A stretch of 58,823 bases of DNA, filler included, from Sphacelaria rigidula (taxonomy: Eukaryota), in assembly GCA_964200075.2 (NCBI GenBank). It is 9 parts of 9 records of this genome, joined end to end, with 100 filler letters (N's around TTAATTAATTAA, not from the genome) between each part and the next. Parts side by side here need not be neighbours in the genome. Positions count along the whole stretch, not along the records: positions 32,736 to 39,182 come from CAXNAA020020015.1; positions 39,283 to 45,729 come from CAXNAA020020016.1; positions 45,830 to 52,276 come from CAXNAA020020017.1; 6 more parts are not named here. The stretch is one strand, 5' to 3'. The first letter of the stretch is position 1; every line of letters starts with the position of its first letter. The notes beneath the pieces are model-generated. The model was not told the origin of the DNA. It ran no database searches and saw only the letters and a program-made list of their open reading frames with translations. Below, piece by piece: positions 35,500 through 49,300 of the stretch. The translations under genes and the position numbers were made by a program.

Positions 35500-37241
35500 G
35501 TAGTGGCAAGGTGCCTGATGACTCTTGAATGCTTGCAAGCGCCACAGCGTACACACAGGACAGCTCTCCAAAGTGCTGCTGCGTCGCAGTCTAAAATTTT
35601 CGGACTTCTCTAAAAATGAAGGATCGGAGAAGAAATCAAGCCGCTTCGTTTTCGTAGACATCTGAACGCGGACTCCGAAAAGTCCGGAAATTTCTGAGCT
35701 ATCCGAAAAACGTTGTCGGTAATAATGGGCCTTATTATCGACACTATGTCAGAGATTTCCGAATCTTTCAGACTTTTCGGGCTCTACGTTCAGACTTCTC
35801 CGGAAAGGAAGCGGCTTGTTTTTTGGGCAATACACAAAAAAGGGAACCCCCTGGTGCTTTTGGAACAAACAAGGGTGACGCATTTTTCGGTTTGGGGCGC
35901 GGCGCTGCACGCGGGCTCAACACCTCGAAAACACGTTCCAGCCAGCACCTCAGCCACACGCCCAAGGTGTCTGGGCAGCACGCCCGACCATTTGTTTTAT
36001 TTTTCACACGTGATACCGGGCTTCACTACGGCGCAAAAAAAGACAGCCTGTGAGAGTACCCTTTTTTGTTCACGTTTGGATCCTTAAATGCCCAAGTGCA
36101 CACCTTTCTTTACCCTTTTTTTTGTGAAGTGGTGACCGTACCGGCGGCTCGGTAGAAGATACGCCGAACATCACAACCATACCCATTTTTTTTTTTTGTG
36201 AAATTACACCCCGCCAAAAAGGCCGAAACAAAATTATCAAGAAATTGTAGCCCTCTGCTGGTTGGCCCGCAGACCCGGAAAATCTGACGATGCATCCAGG
36301 ACGCAAACGCCTTTGTGCCGGAGCTCACAAAGATCCAACGAACATGTCTAATGCCGTTTTGGCATGTGATTGTCGGTACGATTTTTCACGCATGCTCGTT
36401 GGATCTGTGAGCTCCGACATAAGAGCGCTCGTTCCCTGTCTGCATCGTCGGAATCTCCGGGTCTGCGGGTCAACCAGCAGAGGGCTACAATTTGTCCGTC
36501 GATGAGTTTCGACCTTTTTGGTGAGGTTTAATTGAACAAAAAATGGGTACGACGGAGCCGGCGGTATGGTCACCACTTCACACAAGAAAAGCTAAAAAGG
36601 ATATGCACTTGAGAATTATCTCTTTTGGGACCCTTTACCGCACGATGTGTTGTTTTGAAGTCAAAATGATGCTGCAGAGGCACAATCGGCATCATTTTGA
36701 CTTGAAAACAACACAAGTAGATACCTGCCGCTAACACACGATCGTGGTGGGAAAATGTCGCAAACGTACCGTTGCGGGGAGTCCGGTCCCGAAAGGGTTG
36801 AAGGGTCCACACGTGAACAAAAAAGGGTTCAGAGATCATTTCAGCAGAGAGCAGGGTGTACACTCCTGGTTTAATTACAAAAAAGGGTACTCTCTCAGGC
36901 TGTCTTTTTCCGCGCCGTAGTTAAGCCTAGTATCATCTATGGAAATTAAAATCAAACGGTGATCGGGCATGCTGCCCAGACACCTTGGGCGCGGGCCTGA
37001 GGCACTGGAACGTGTTTCCGAGGTGCTCAGCCCGCGTGCAGCGCCGCACATCGAACTGAGAAATGCGTCACCCTTCTTTCTTCAAAAAGCACCTGGGTTT
37101 ACCCTTTTTTGTATATATTTCCCTTCATTTTTGGAGAAGTGCGAAAAGCTCGGGCTCCAATGCAGCACTCCGGAGAGGTGCCCTGTATGTACGCCGTGGT
37201 GCTTGCAAGAGTTCGAAAGCCATCAAGCACCTTGCCAGTGA
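35500..37241. repeat. ~1.7-kb foldback (long inverted repeat) centred near 36365
   Basis: 35500-35580 pairs with 37160-37241, ~35830-36070 with ~36878-37110, and 36085-36345 with 36390-36615. The ORF track shows the same MLPRHLGR peptide on opposite strands. Confidence 0.85.
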
Positions 37242-37790
37242 CAACTTGGGCCATGCCGGAGACTAAAACGTGCCGTGGATTGGCCGGTGTGGCGTCCTCA
37301 GGCCGGCGAAGGCGAGCCAACGATGAGGTCAGCACGGTGTCCGTGACGCAGCGTTGTTCCTATGCAATATTATGGAGGCATTTCGCAGCTGTTAAAATTC
37401 ATCATCTGCTGCGTCAAGTGGAGACCGTCATGCTCCAAGGCCTAAAATATGCCGAGACTAGAGGGGCAGACGTTTTTGGTAAAGAGGTGTCGACATGACG
37501 ACGGATATCTGACGCTACAGACCGGTCACCGCGCATTGGGCAGCCGGATGGGAAAGGATGCATATCACTGCGAAGGGGGGAAGTGTTTATTACACGATAT
37601 GTATCCCGACACGGTAATACCCGAAGAAGTTGACACTGTGTATTCCTAGCGGCGGTACAACGATTACTGTCGCACTGACTGTACGATGCGAACCACGCCT
37701 CAGCAGGGCTGGAGTACCCGCGATCCATCCGCAAAAAAAAACTCATCGCAACTTTCACTCTATCCTATTTTGCAACCGAGTGAAATGTAC

Positions 37791-37793
<3 letters not shown>

Positions 37794-37838
<45 letters not shown>
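37794..37838. repeat. (CA)n microsatellite
   Basis: About 22 uninterrupted CA units. Confidence 0.95.
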
Positions 37839-37839
<1 letters not shown>

Positions 37840-38934
37840 GGGAGTGATCACGCGCTTGTTAGAGAAACCCCAATATATTCACGTTGGAGCGTACGCCGTC
37901 AGAATTTCCACTCGATTCTGAGAAATGAATACTACAGCAACCGCCCCTGCCCTTCTCAGACCGTCGTGGTAACGGCCACGCTAAGTCCGGCGCTGTCTGG
38001 AAGGAGATGTTGCCCCCTGCCCGAACAGGTCCGCAGTGGTCCTTGGCAGAAGACACTCTTCTCTTCGACTACGCTGTGCGGTCGCGTCTTGCTCGGGCAT
38101 CCGCCTCCAAGGTCGACGAAACTTGACTGATGCTTCGTCCCAGTGTTGTTACCAGCCTCGACCGACAAGCCGCCGACCTAAACGACAAGGTTGCAGAGAT
38201 CTGCCGCTGTCTCCGCGCGGATTTCATACCGTTCCTCTCTGGAATTGTCATTTGAAAATGATTTCATTTCGGAATCACCGCAGCATCGTGCATAATCATC
38301 CTTCCAAGTCACGGAGCGCACAAAACGTCTTGGGTCGCCGAAACTGCTGCGTCAACACCCACCTGCACATACGTGGAAGTTTCAACATCGTCAGGCGCCA
38401 GGTGTGCTGTGTTTCGGTGCCTAATCTCCCAAGATACCGCCTCCATATTATCGAAAAGGAACAACAATGGATGAGATATGTAACAAAAACGGAAGAAGTC
38501 GGTAAGAATGGGACGTCTGAAGCTCTCCGAAATTTCATAACTTCTCCAAAAAAGCTTTTCTTCGAAAACGATGGTACCCATACAGTACCGTAGTTATTGA
38601 CTTCATGTTTCCGTTACACGATACCGTATGCGAAATGTTTGCGCGAGGTACGGTGGTTTTGGTACCGTCTGTACAGACGACCGAGTGTAAACACTCACTC
38701 TCCATCGCCAAGCACACTTTATTACAATGCACATATTCCCATAACTGGTCCAAGTCACCGGCTCGCGAGGAGGGGCTCGATTCAAGTCACAGTGTTTTCC
38801 GCGACCCCGCCTTCCCCGTCCCTCCAACGGGTTAAATTTTTGTCAAATTTGTTCAACACCGATACTTATGTTGCCCGAAGGAGGAACGTCTCTGACTTTT
38901 GAAACGTCCGTGCCATCGAAACATCTCGACACCT

Positions 38935-39182
38935 GTATTGTGTGTGTGTTGTCGTTCCATCTATTCTGGACGCCGGTCTACACCTCTCGGTATATGTGGG
39001 CGCACCAGCCGGGGTCACACAGGAGGAAGGCCAACACAGGATTTTTTTTTCTTCAATTCTCCACCTTCCTTTTGCGGTACTTGCCTTCATTTTTTATCGC
39101 GAGAGGGGTTCAGCAGTCCCATTCCCTCGTCGACCATTAAGTCGAATTTCGTGTACCCACGACATAGTCGCTCTCCACTGTT
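38935..39182 (-). mobile_element. tRNA-derived SINE (third copy, head cut off by the contig end)
   Basis: ctattctggacgccggt..cggtatatgtgggcgcaccagccggggtcacacaggag matches the bodies of the copies at 29293 and 31002. Confidence 0.85.
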
Positions 39183-40967
39183 NNNNNNNNNNNNNNNNNN
39201 NNNNNNNNNNNNNNNNNNNNNNNNNNTTAATTAATTAANNNNNNNNNNNNNNNNNNNNNNNNNNNNNNNNNNNNNNNNNNNNATAATGAAGGACAAGAAC
39301 CAGGAAAAGACATGTGAAACAAGGAGAGTAGTATGGCCACCATGTTAGGCGAGATGTTAGAAGCTACACGTCGATATTCTACTCGGGGATAGCAAGGGCC
39401 TCAGTGGCAAGCTACTACAGAAAACATATTGGGCTTAGTGGAGGAGCATTCCGGAACTGAAACGATCCATGCTCTAACTGACCGCTTTTCACTCTCAAGC
39501 GTATCCTCCACTCTCGATCTCATGGGAACACTGCTGTTCGTCGTTTGAAGTACAAGAATGTTTTCGTGTAGCGTTGATTGAGAGTGAGTTTCATTATTAG
39601 CGCTACCTTCACCAATTCTAATGTGTGTGATTCCCTTTGCCTGTAACACTGTCGTATGATTACAGCTACTCGTCGATATTCTATTCGGAGATACCAAAGG
39701 CTTCAGTGGCAAGCCACGACAGAAAGCGATCAGGCCTTGTATAAGGCCCCGAGGATCATTTCGGAAGAGAAACTATTTCACTCACTCATTGATCGCTCCT
39801 CACCCCCAATCGTATCCTAGGCTCTCAATCTCACGAGAACGTTGTCATACTTGGACGCCACAGCATTCCGTCGAGCACAGTTGCATCTGTTTTCCGCATA
39901 ATGGCATGGTACATCGTGGATTCTGCAGCTGCAAGCAGTGAACAAAGCTTAGAGCAGAAACCAGGACACTGTACGTGAAGATTTTCGGGAATTGCTTCCT
40001 CATTGTGTTATTCAAAAGCTAGCAGCATGATGATGTGATTACCTATATTTTTCCAACAAACATCTTGGTCGAATATAGGTTTACCACCACCAAGTTTAAG
40101 TGGTACTAACAGGGCCGCCTTGATCGAATTTGCCCCTTTTGCGATCACGCGTTTGATGAGAAATGAGGTCGAGATGAGGCAACAGTACTGGATTTTGTCT
40201 GCCTCGCACTCGCTCGGTCGTTCACTGTGTGCTCACCCGGCTCGCTGCGCACACCACATTTTGTCGAAATTGATATCGATATCGACGGCTTCGAGGCCGC
40301 GTCGTATCGAATTAGATAATTGATTGACCTGCAACACTATTTGAGACATGTGACTTTATGAAAAGGTCACCTCTTCCAACGTGTACCCATGTTCATTACA
40401 CGTCATGTTTCCAACAGCGACCTCCACACACACGAGAGTTTCGAGTATATTGTACAGAGGCAGGACTTCGTAATTTCTATTGTGTCTTTCAGGAGTTGGC
40501 CCGACCAAGAATGCGGGGGTTTGCCGATATCGTCAGGCAAAGCTCATGTTTGAGGTGTGGACCTGAGTGTGTGGTACGTGATTTGCGAGGAACTCGGTGA
40601 TGCATTGTCAATCGCCCCGAGTTTTCTATTTTTCGCCGATATATGACCAGCCCAGTGTCTCCCATTGATGGAATTTAGGACGCAAGTCGACAGAAATAAA
40701 GTTGCTTGACCTGACAGGCGATGTGTCGGCAAATTCTTCTTTAATGACGTGTTGGCAATGTCGGGTCCCAACTCTGAGAAATGAGGACCACATGACAATT
40801 TTCCGAAACTGCGCATCTGCCCGGTGATACAAATTCTGCCCCCCACCCGCCCTCTACCCAGCAAAAGTGTCCATGTATCCCCGTGGTCTGCACCCTGCAT
40901 CCCGTTCTCTCCGCTGTTATTCCTCCGGATTTTCCCGTCACCACAATTGCAGAACCCTCAACCATAG

Positions 40968-42684
40968 CTGGCGACACGTTCAACCTGGTGGCACTTCAGC
41001 ACAGCGACGAAAATTGCACCGACCCTACGGGAGCGGAGGAAATTATTTCGCAGGATATTTTCGGATATGACGCAGGGTGCACCAACTTTGGCGGAGCCAG
41101 CAGCGACTCCCTGTTCGAGTGCAGGGACGATGGCAGCTCCATAGCCCAGACCTTCACCAGTGTCGACACGAGTTGCACTGGTGACGTCGTATCAGAATAT
41201 GTGGCGTACATTCAACGAACCTTCGCCTGCTTGGAATTCGAAGGGTTCTTCTACAGGTGCGTGTGTCCGCATGTTTGTCGTTTGCGCGAGGTTTCTTGCA
41301 TTCGCTCCAACTTGGTGTTCATTGTTTCCTCTCCCCGCGTTTCCCCCGCCATTCGTTCCTCTTACGAGACAAGAGGTTGGTATGCGAGTAGTGAAACGAA
41401 TCGAGTGGCAAATCAGTCTCGCGGGGCAGGAAAATGATGAAGTCACAGAGCTTATATGATACGCTCGTGCATCATGCATACGAGTACTGTACTCGTGAAT
41501 CCTGAGCCATTTGTCGAAAGACAGGGAAGGACAAGACCCAGGCTGGTATACGATAGGCAGAGATTTATCTCGATAATCTGACAATCATCTCTGTGTAATG
41601 ATGATTGGACAATGCAGGCACAGAATCAGTCTCGTCATTCTACCCTCTTGTGGCAGAAAACATAGCAGATGGTCATGCAATGAGGACGTTTTGCACACAC
41701 TCCCGATCACTAAGTGCCTCCGTACCTGCAACTACTTTATCAACTGTTTCACAGTTTTTACTCTCGTCTCTGTAGCCATTTGCCTATCCTACCACAGCAC
41801 TAATCATCGCATATGCCCTAGCATCTGCAAGGCCCTTCCACATGACCCGCCACTTCGTTATGTCCATACATTCCCCTTTTCTTCTTTAATTATCTATCTT
41901 TGTAACCGTTCAACGTCTCGATGCCTGCGCGATCAAATGACGAAGGCCAAAGTCTGGAAAGTATCTGAGCGCATTCTCAACCAGCGATGCTTGCCTTTTA
42001 TTTCTCGCTGGAGGTGGGACACAGAGGAATCGAATTTCTTCGCAAGTGTCAATTCACGACTGGTTACCATCTCGACATACACCGCAGAGCAATGACAGAA
42101 AGTGCACCCTGTTTCAAGCAGTAAACATGATTTATACATTCGCCCCCGTCGACCCTCGCTCGAAACTCAGGCCTACATCGTGCACCGAAAGTGCCGCCAC
42201 CGTGGGGGTAGGGGCGACTGTTGCCCCTGTGACCTTCGCTCCGACCCTTGCCGGCAGCCTTTCAGGCATTCCAGAGGGAGAAACTCCGGCGCCGAGTATG
42301 CAGCCGAACCCGGAAACTACCTCCGAAGGCATGACCTCCCTTTCGCCCACTACTTTCACTGCCTCTCCAACATCCGCCAGCCGTGACCTCATGAGCATGG
42401 CCCCTACAACCGCGGGGAGTATACCTGATGATGACGCTGTTGAGGCTCCCGACACAGACACAAGTGACGGTGGCGAGGAGGAAGACATTCCTACGCCCGC
42501 CCCGTCGGCAGCGGCGTTGGAAGAGTCAGAAACGAGCGGCCCCACAACAGCAGACGAGGGTAGCGGTGTGGACGACGCCAGTGCGGCGGCGTCCGAGTTT
42601 AATAGCATTTGCGGCGGTGTTTCAATGGCGGTCGCCTCTTGCATAACGTGGACCATGTTGGTCGCGGGTAGTCTGGATTGGTGA
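40968..42684 (+). CDS. Cell-surface protein with a Cys-rich domain, Ser/Thr/Pro/acidic stalk and hydrophobic C-terminus (putative GPI anchor signal); exons ~40968-41256 and 42171-42684, 5' end not located
   Basis: SDENCTDPTG...GCT...FECRDDG...SCTG...ACLEFEGFFY is joined by a phase-2 GT-AG intron to RPTSCTES...TFAPT...TPAPS...DDASAAASEFNSICGGVSMAVASCITWTMLVAGSLDW*. Confidence 0.8.
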
Positions 42685-42858
42685 GGACGTTTTCGTGGAG
42701 CATCTTGGTTGCCGCGAGTGTTTTCGTACGACGTGCTTTGATGAGGTCGGTGTTGATTCATGTGTGGGCTTTTGGAATTTGGGCTGGATCAGTTCGGCTT
42801 GCCTCACAATGCGTTCGTTTTGTTGAAAATCGGACTATCCCTCAATTGCCCTTGCATT

Positions 42859-42889
<31 letters not shown>

Positions 42890-45800
42890 TTTCTTTCCCC
42901 ATCATCATCCCTGAGCAAATATTGTGAGAATAGTGCCGTTTTCGTGGCAATAAGTAGTTATGTAGTATATCGTTTTCGGTCTCGCCGTGAAAGCCGTGGC
43001 TTAAAATAGCGTTTTTGTTCAGCTGATAATCATATGTATCTACGTTGAAGGCAATTGTGTTGTGACCGTTGTCTGTAATTTCTGCCGTAATATTTACGTC
43101 GTCTCGAAGATGCCCTTAGTTATAAATGTGCTATAAAACACCGGTCCCGAGGTAGGACTAAGATGACCTCGGGGCTCGCCGTGTTGTTGTGATGTAAGCG
43201 CAAGTACGAAATTGCTATCTCTTTACTACTAGGAGGTTGGTGAGTAGGTGGAATATTACATACATGGTGAATCTGCACACACGTGACTGGAGGTTGTTTG
43301 GAAGTAGCGGTTGACCACTCCCGCCATTTGTTTGGGATGTATCCTCGTCGTAAGGTTGTCATGACCCTACCTCGACTTTTGCCCTGAATAATTTCACCCG
43401 TACGTGTCAGGACGTACGTGCCTCAACGTTTCCACCCTCTGGAAGGGGTTGTTGTTATCGTGTCCAAGGTCCTCATGTACATCTGATGGAACATGATGAA
43501 CGTGTTGTGGGAACTTGCGGTTTTGATATATACACCTAGAGGGCATGGACTAGTTCATACCCCCCAACCCGCGCAGTCAACAACAGTTGGGCTTGATACC
43601 GACCACAGGGGACACTCCATGCCGTCATTGACGCGACGTGTGTTTTCTATGATCAGCCGCAAGATACTGGTCAACAGTCGTCTGCGTTTTTGTAGCGCCT
43701 GTGTTCTGCCGTAATGCTTTCTAGTCGTGAGATGACGAAACCACCACATACTAGACGTTGCTTTGCTGGGTTATTAGAGTCAACTTGCTGGTTAAGTAGT
43801 TTCAAGTGGATAAGATCGCGTTGTGTTGATAAGGGAGCAGCTGACTACTCCTCAGCGATGCAGAGTCGTTTCGAATTTATTCCAAGACAGGGGTGTCGGT
43901 GTTGGAAATTTACGAATTATTCCAACAGTCGGCTAGACTTTCCTGACTGCGTTCGTTGTGTGTTGTATTTGATGTTACTTTTGTTCGTAGCATCTTCATG
44001 CCGAATGCGAGTAACCTCACGACATGGTGCAGATGGCCTGCTTAGTCGTTATCCATTACTTACCGTTCGTTTACCTTTCGCTGACACATGGGGTGGGCGA
44101 GCGAGGGCCGTAGCAGTAGCATTAGCCGTAAAACAGCTCGTTTTAAAGGCGTTACATAACGTGAATATACCCGTAGCGCATCCCAATACTTCACGAGAGA
44201 CGGAGGCTTGTCGTCCCGCTCTTCCACCGTCAGAAACCGTTGATTAGATGGAACAGTCTGTTTGCGGCCATTGCAGCGCTTGCCTTTCACCGTGCTACGA
44301 GGATTTGCCCATCATGAGCGGACGAAACTCAGGGATGTTGCAGATGGTTTTGCTAGGTTGTTCGCCCTTTCAGGCGCTATGCACATGTAGACCTGTTCTG
44401 TGTCCGTCGCGTGTTCGGAATCGTACTCCGGAATAGTTGTCTGTGTTGGAGATACAGTGTCGAGTACGTGGGCCGTTACCAAGTATACGGCATGCCAGGC
44501 GTCCGAGATATTCGTGCGTGAGTCGCGGCGAGTTCACCACATCACAAACCCCTGCTGCGCAAGAATAAGTTGGTTGTGTTGAGAGTTGGGCAAGAGAGGG
44601 CAACCTCGGTAGACTTCGGCGTCTTGAGCGTTCAGCCAATAAAATGTCTCGCAGTCCCCCTAACTAATGCTATTGGTCCAACTAGAAATCGTGCAAATTT
44701 CAGTGTTGAATACCGAACGGAAAAAAAATCGACACGATAATTTCAACGTATCGACTTCAAGATGTAGATACCGATACTTTTTCGATACGCGGAAAAAGAC
44801 CCGATACGTATCGATACTCGATACAAAACGGCACGGCTGTTTTGGTGGACACACAGCTTGCAAGACCTCACGGTACTACTACACTCACACTAGCAACCTA
44901 ACCCGAAGTGGGTGCACGCCTGATTGTATGAAGTTACAGCAGCACCAGTATGTAATTTGATATTTGTTGTCTGACATCATAGAAGTGGCGACACAACACG
45001 CGGGGTGATGCTTCGGTTTGACAAAAATGATTCATCGTGCAAGGGGCAAATCGCGCAAGAGGTACTTCATCACATCTCGAGGTGTGATGCATGATAGTGT
45101 CTTGTTCAAGCCAGTGACGTGCACCACAATCTATTCCGTCATGTTTCTATCGAACCTCAGCATTTGCCTCGGCTCTGCGCACTGCACACTGCGAAGGCAC
45201 TCATTATTCAATAACAAACGCGCCAAACGTCAAAACTTGGCGAAAAATGATGAAAGCAAATGCGCGCTCGCTTTTTCCGTTCTCCACACCAAGCAAGAGA
45301 TAAGTCGGCAGCATGGGTCCGATTTTTTCATTGTCGGCTACTCAACGGAGTAGTCTATACTATCCAAATACCTAAACGCCGAAGCTTGTAGAAAAAACTG
45401 GATATAACACCGTTTTCGTGAGATTCAGAGTAGAACGCTGATTGAGGGTGGCTTTCATCATTCGCTTTAACTTCGTCAATTTTTTATTGCGTGCGTGCTT
45501 TTCTTTGCCTCTCACTGACGTGTGCATACAGCTGCATGTAGACATCCCATTCAGAGATATCAAGGGCCTCAGCGTCAAGGTACTACAGAAAACATATTGG
45601 GCCTCGTGGAGGGACATTTCGGGACTGAAATGTTTTATTAACTGATTGACCGCTTTTGCCTCTCAATCATTTCCTCTAAACAGCCAATCATCTATGTTGA
45701 GGATGGTGCTATTGATTGAGGATGAGAACNNNNNNNNNNNNNNNNNNNNNNNNNNNNNNNNNNNNNNNNNNNNTTAATTAATTAANNNNNNNNNNNNNNN

Positions 45801-46302
45801 NNNNNNNNNNNNNNNNNNNNNNNNNNNNNGCACCTACGTTGTAAAAAGAGTGCTGTTTATAGCTAAAAAAACGCCAACGAATGCAATAAAAGCATCGAAA
45901 ATCAGATCGGACACGGGGAAGGGCTCGTAGAAACATAACCGACCAGACTTATGAGACAGAGGAAGTATATATGTAGACATACATATATGTAGAGCTATGG
46001 ATTGCTCACACCGTGGACAATTGTAGTACATTGTCGAAACGTGTGCTGCGTACAGTATCGACTATTGCGTCTATTGCAATAGACAATAGATTGCATACTG
46101 TCACGTAGTAGTAGTACACTTCGTGATGAAGTAATAATCTTTTGTCTAGGGTGTAAAACAGCTGCATACAATATGTAGAGTATGTATGCTGTTCAGATGT
46201 GCCAGGAGATAGTATGTTTTTACGCGCTCACGCAACGTCAACACTGTGCGTGTGTGTGTTTCTTGTCCTTTTTTTGTCGTCGGACGTTTTTTTTTCTTCC
46301 AG

Positions 46303-49300
46303 GTGACCATCAGACACGGGGACAGGTCCGCGATTCACGCTCTCCCGGGCGCACCCACGGAGTATTGGAAGTGCCAACCCTACTCCGACGAAGTGGAAAA
46401 GATTTGGCAGGGAGTTCGCAGGTGACACAACGCAGCAGTCCAAAAAGCAGAGCACATATCTTTTTTTTTGTACGGGTCCTTTTAGAGTAGTCTGGTAAGG
46501 CGGTATTGGTGGCAGCGGGCACTTTCGGATCAGTTTCGTCACATGTGGTTTCAGAACAAGGTTTGGAATCATACGAAATCATCAATTTGCGAAAACGTTC
46601 TCCACCCTACCAAGTGGTAGGCTGACCTCGCTCTGAGAATATGTTACGGGGTGACTTTTACAGCCTAACACGGTCCCGCTCCTTGTTGCATTATATTGAT
46701 GGCACTGTAAGGTAACAGTGGTGACTGTATGGTGAAAGTGGTCACTGCAAGGCCCCGTTCAACCCTTAGACCGCGATGCGGATACGTAGTCCATCTTGAT
46801 CACGCATACTATTTCAAGTGAAATTTATGCCGATTCAACAGGTGACCTACCCTCGCGGTCAAAGGGTGAAACGAAAAACAATAAAGTTATAGTCATGAGG
46901 TTATCACAAAAGAGAGAGTGGGAGTAACGAGCAGCCCACGGCTTGAAAACATTTGAATGTTTCACGTTCCCGCTCGCATTGTCACTCTTGTTCCCACAAA
47001 GGTTAACCCTTCGGAAACCCTCTCCTTCCGTCCCCGGGTCCAGACGCCTCATTATTTCACGCCCTAACAAAGAAGATATTATTGGAACAGAGAACGCCGA
47101 CGGTGACCATTTTCAGGGCAGAAGGCCACAGAAGCACCTACCAGCGTACGTCATTCACGCACCAAAAATGTCACCCCAGTGCCGTCGGATTAGTTTTGTC
47201 CAGTGGGGCACGGACGCAACGGATCAAGTTTGTTTAAGTTTGTGCACACAGCCAAAATCAAGACTACTCGCGTGCCTGAAGTCTATGCAAACAGAAATTG
47301 GCACCATTTATCTATTTTCTATATACTGAGTCCCGTGCGGCACTAGGGCACATTTTTTTCACGGGTCTGAAAAACACGGGTCGGGCTGATAGTCTCACGT
47401 AAAATCTATAAATACTCAAAAAACCATATGTCGTTACAAAGACAGCAGCTCGAGCTTGAACGGGAAGGGTAAGCACGGAGTGCACTTTCCTGCGCAAAAT
47501 CGGCATAATTTTCAGTAATAAAAAAAATGAACATGGCGCCGGTTCCACGAAATGGACACCTCCAGCGGTCAAAGGGTTTCAGGAATCAACCCTTTGACCC
47601 TGGGCCATCTATCAAATCAGCATCAATTTTTTTGACGTGAAGAATTACTGCATGACCAGATGACGTAACTTTGCGGGGGAAGGGTTTATGCTCTCCGTGT
47701 ACTGGGTATAGCGATAACAGTAAAGGGTTGCTCGGTGCGCTCAGATATTATTGTGTGTGCTTGCGTGCTGGTGCACGTGTGGCATTTCAACACTGATGTA
47801 GCGTCTTTTTTTGTTAACTTGAAGAAAGTAGGAAAACTCACCCAGCACTTATCCCGCGAGCGGGTTTGCGCGCCGCTTACCCGGAGGCTCGGATAGACCG
47901 CCTCACGGCAGTTTTGTGGGGTAGGCGCCTCCAGCGTTCGGAAAGCTTTACTTAAGACAGCGCGGGGGTTGAACCCGACACTTCCTACGATAGCCCCCCC
48001 CCCCCCCTCCCCTGCTCCGTCTCGAAAGGGATGCGTGGTCAATGGTCAAACGACTAAGGCAAGCAGAAAATGAGTACACCCCCCATTCCCTGTTTTTCGA
48101 AGTGAATCCTTTACCTCCTGGGTACTACTGACATTTCCCGCCGGCCGTTGATGTTCATAGCGTTCATTTGTCCTGTTCGCAAATGTTCTCGCTTGCGGTT
48201 TCCCCCACCGGAAGTTGGTACAGTATAACAAACCAATATATGGGAACCATCACATAAGAGGGGGGAAAAATCCCAAAAGTATACGTCAAGGGATCACCTC
48301 TTCACATTGGCGACATCAATAAGATCGATGTGGGAACCATTGCATCAAAAGGGAAAATCCCCGCAATTGTCCGTCGAGGAATCGCCTCTTCACAAATATT
48401 TCACGGTTAGGACGAATCATCACGACTACGAATCACCAAATCCACGATTTCTTCGGCCTGATTGCTCAAAAGGGAGAATAAAGTTGACCGCTGGTCCAAG
48501 GGGTATCCACGCAACTTTTGCGCCATTCCACGTGTCTGGGCTGCGTTTTACCTGGGTTGCAACGCTGAGAACAAAGTCTAGGGATGGGTTCGTACGATTC
48601 GAATCAGTTACACTAAAACCAAGTAATTTCCAGACGAATCTTTGATTTGTCCGACCCTTGAAATATTCATTTTGTCTGAATTTGAACCCCCATTGTTTTT
48701 ACTCCGCCAAAATAACTGGCCATATTCGAATCTCCACTTTTTTTTGCCCCGCACGAACTAGTGGATGACGTACCCGTGAAATTGACCCACCAAGGCGGCG
48801 CTGCTCATGTATTTTTCTCATTTTGTCAGATGGTCTGATGGGGCACTGGGCGAGAGGCCGGGTGTACGGTCCGCGGGGTCTCTAGGTGCCACGGCGTCCA
48901 GCGGGAGGTCGGGCGGGGGTACGGTGAGGGCCACTGTTGCGGCTGAGTCGTACACGATCTATTCGGACGAGCAAGATCAAGGCAAAGAGGAGGTAAATAG
49001 TATGTACATACATATTCCGGAGTATTCATGAATAATATTGAAATTATTCTGAAATTTTCAGAAGTGGGCAATTCCTCTTCATTTTTAGCATTTTTTTTCT
49101 CTTTTCGAAAAATTGGATTTTTGCTTATACTTCGTTTCTTTAAAATCTCGGGGGAAAGCTGGAGCAGTTGATGATACCATAAATTGAATTATATTGAAAC
49201 TCTTTCTCATCGTTTTTTTATTATATTTTTCCTGATCTGTCTCCATTATCGACCCCATGTTTTGAATTGTTTTGCGATTTACCTATTGATACATCCGTTG

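Noticed and set aside
42132..42761. 209-aa minus-strand ORF
   Set aside because: It is the antisense shadow of the GC-rich plus-strand exon.
44701..44839. hAT-like MITE with TCGATAC repeats
   Set aside because: CAG...CTG ends and repeated motifs are suggestive, but there is no TSD and no clear second copy.
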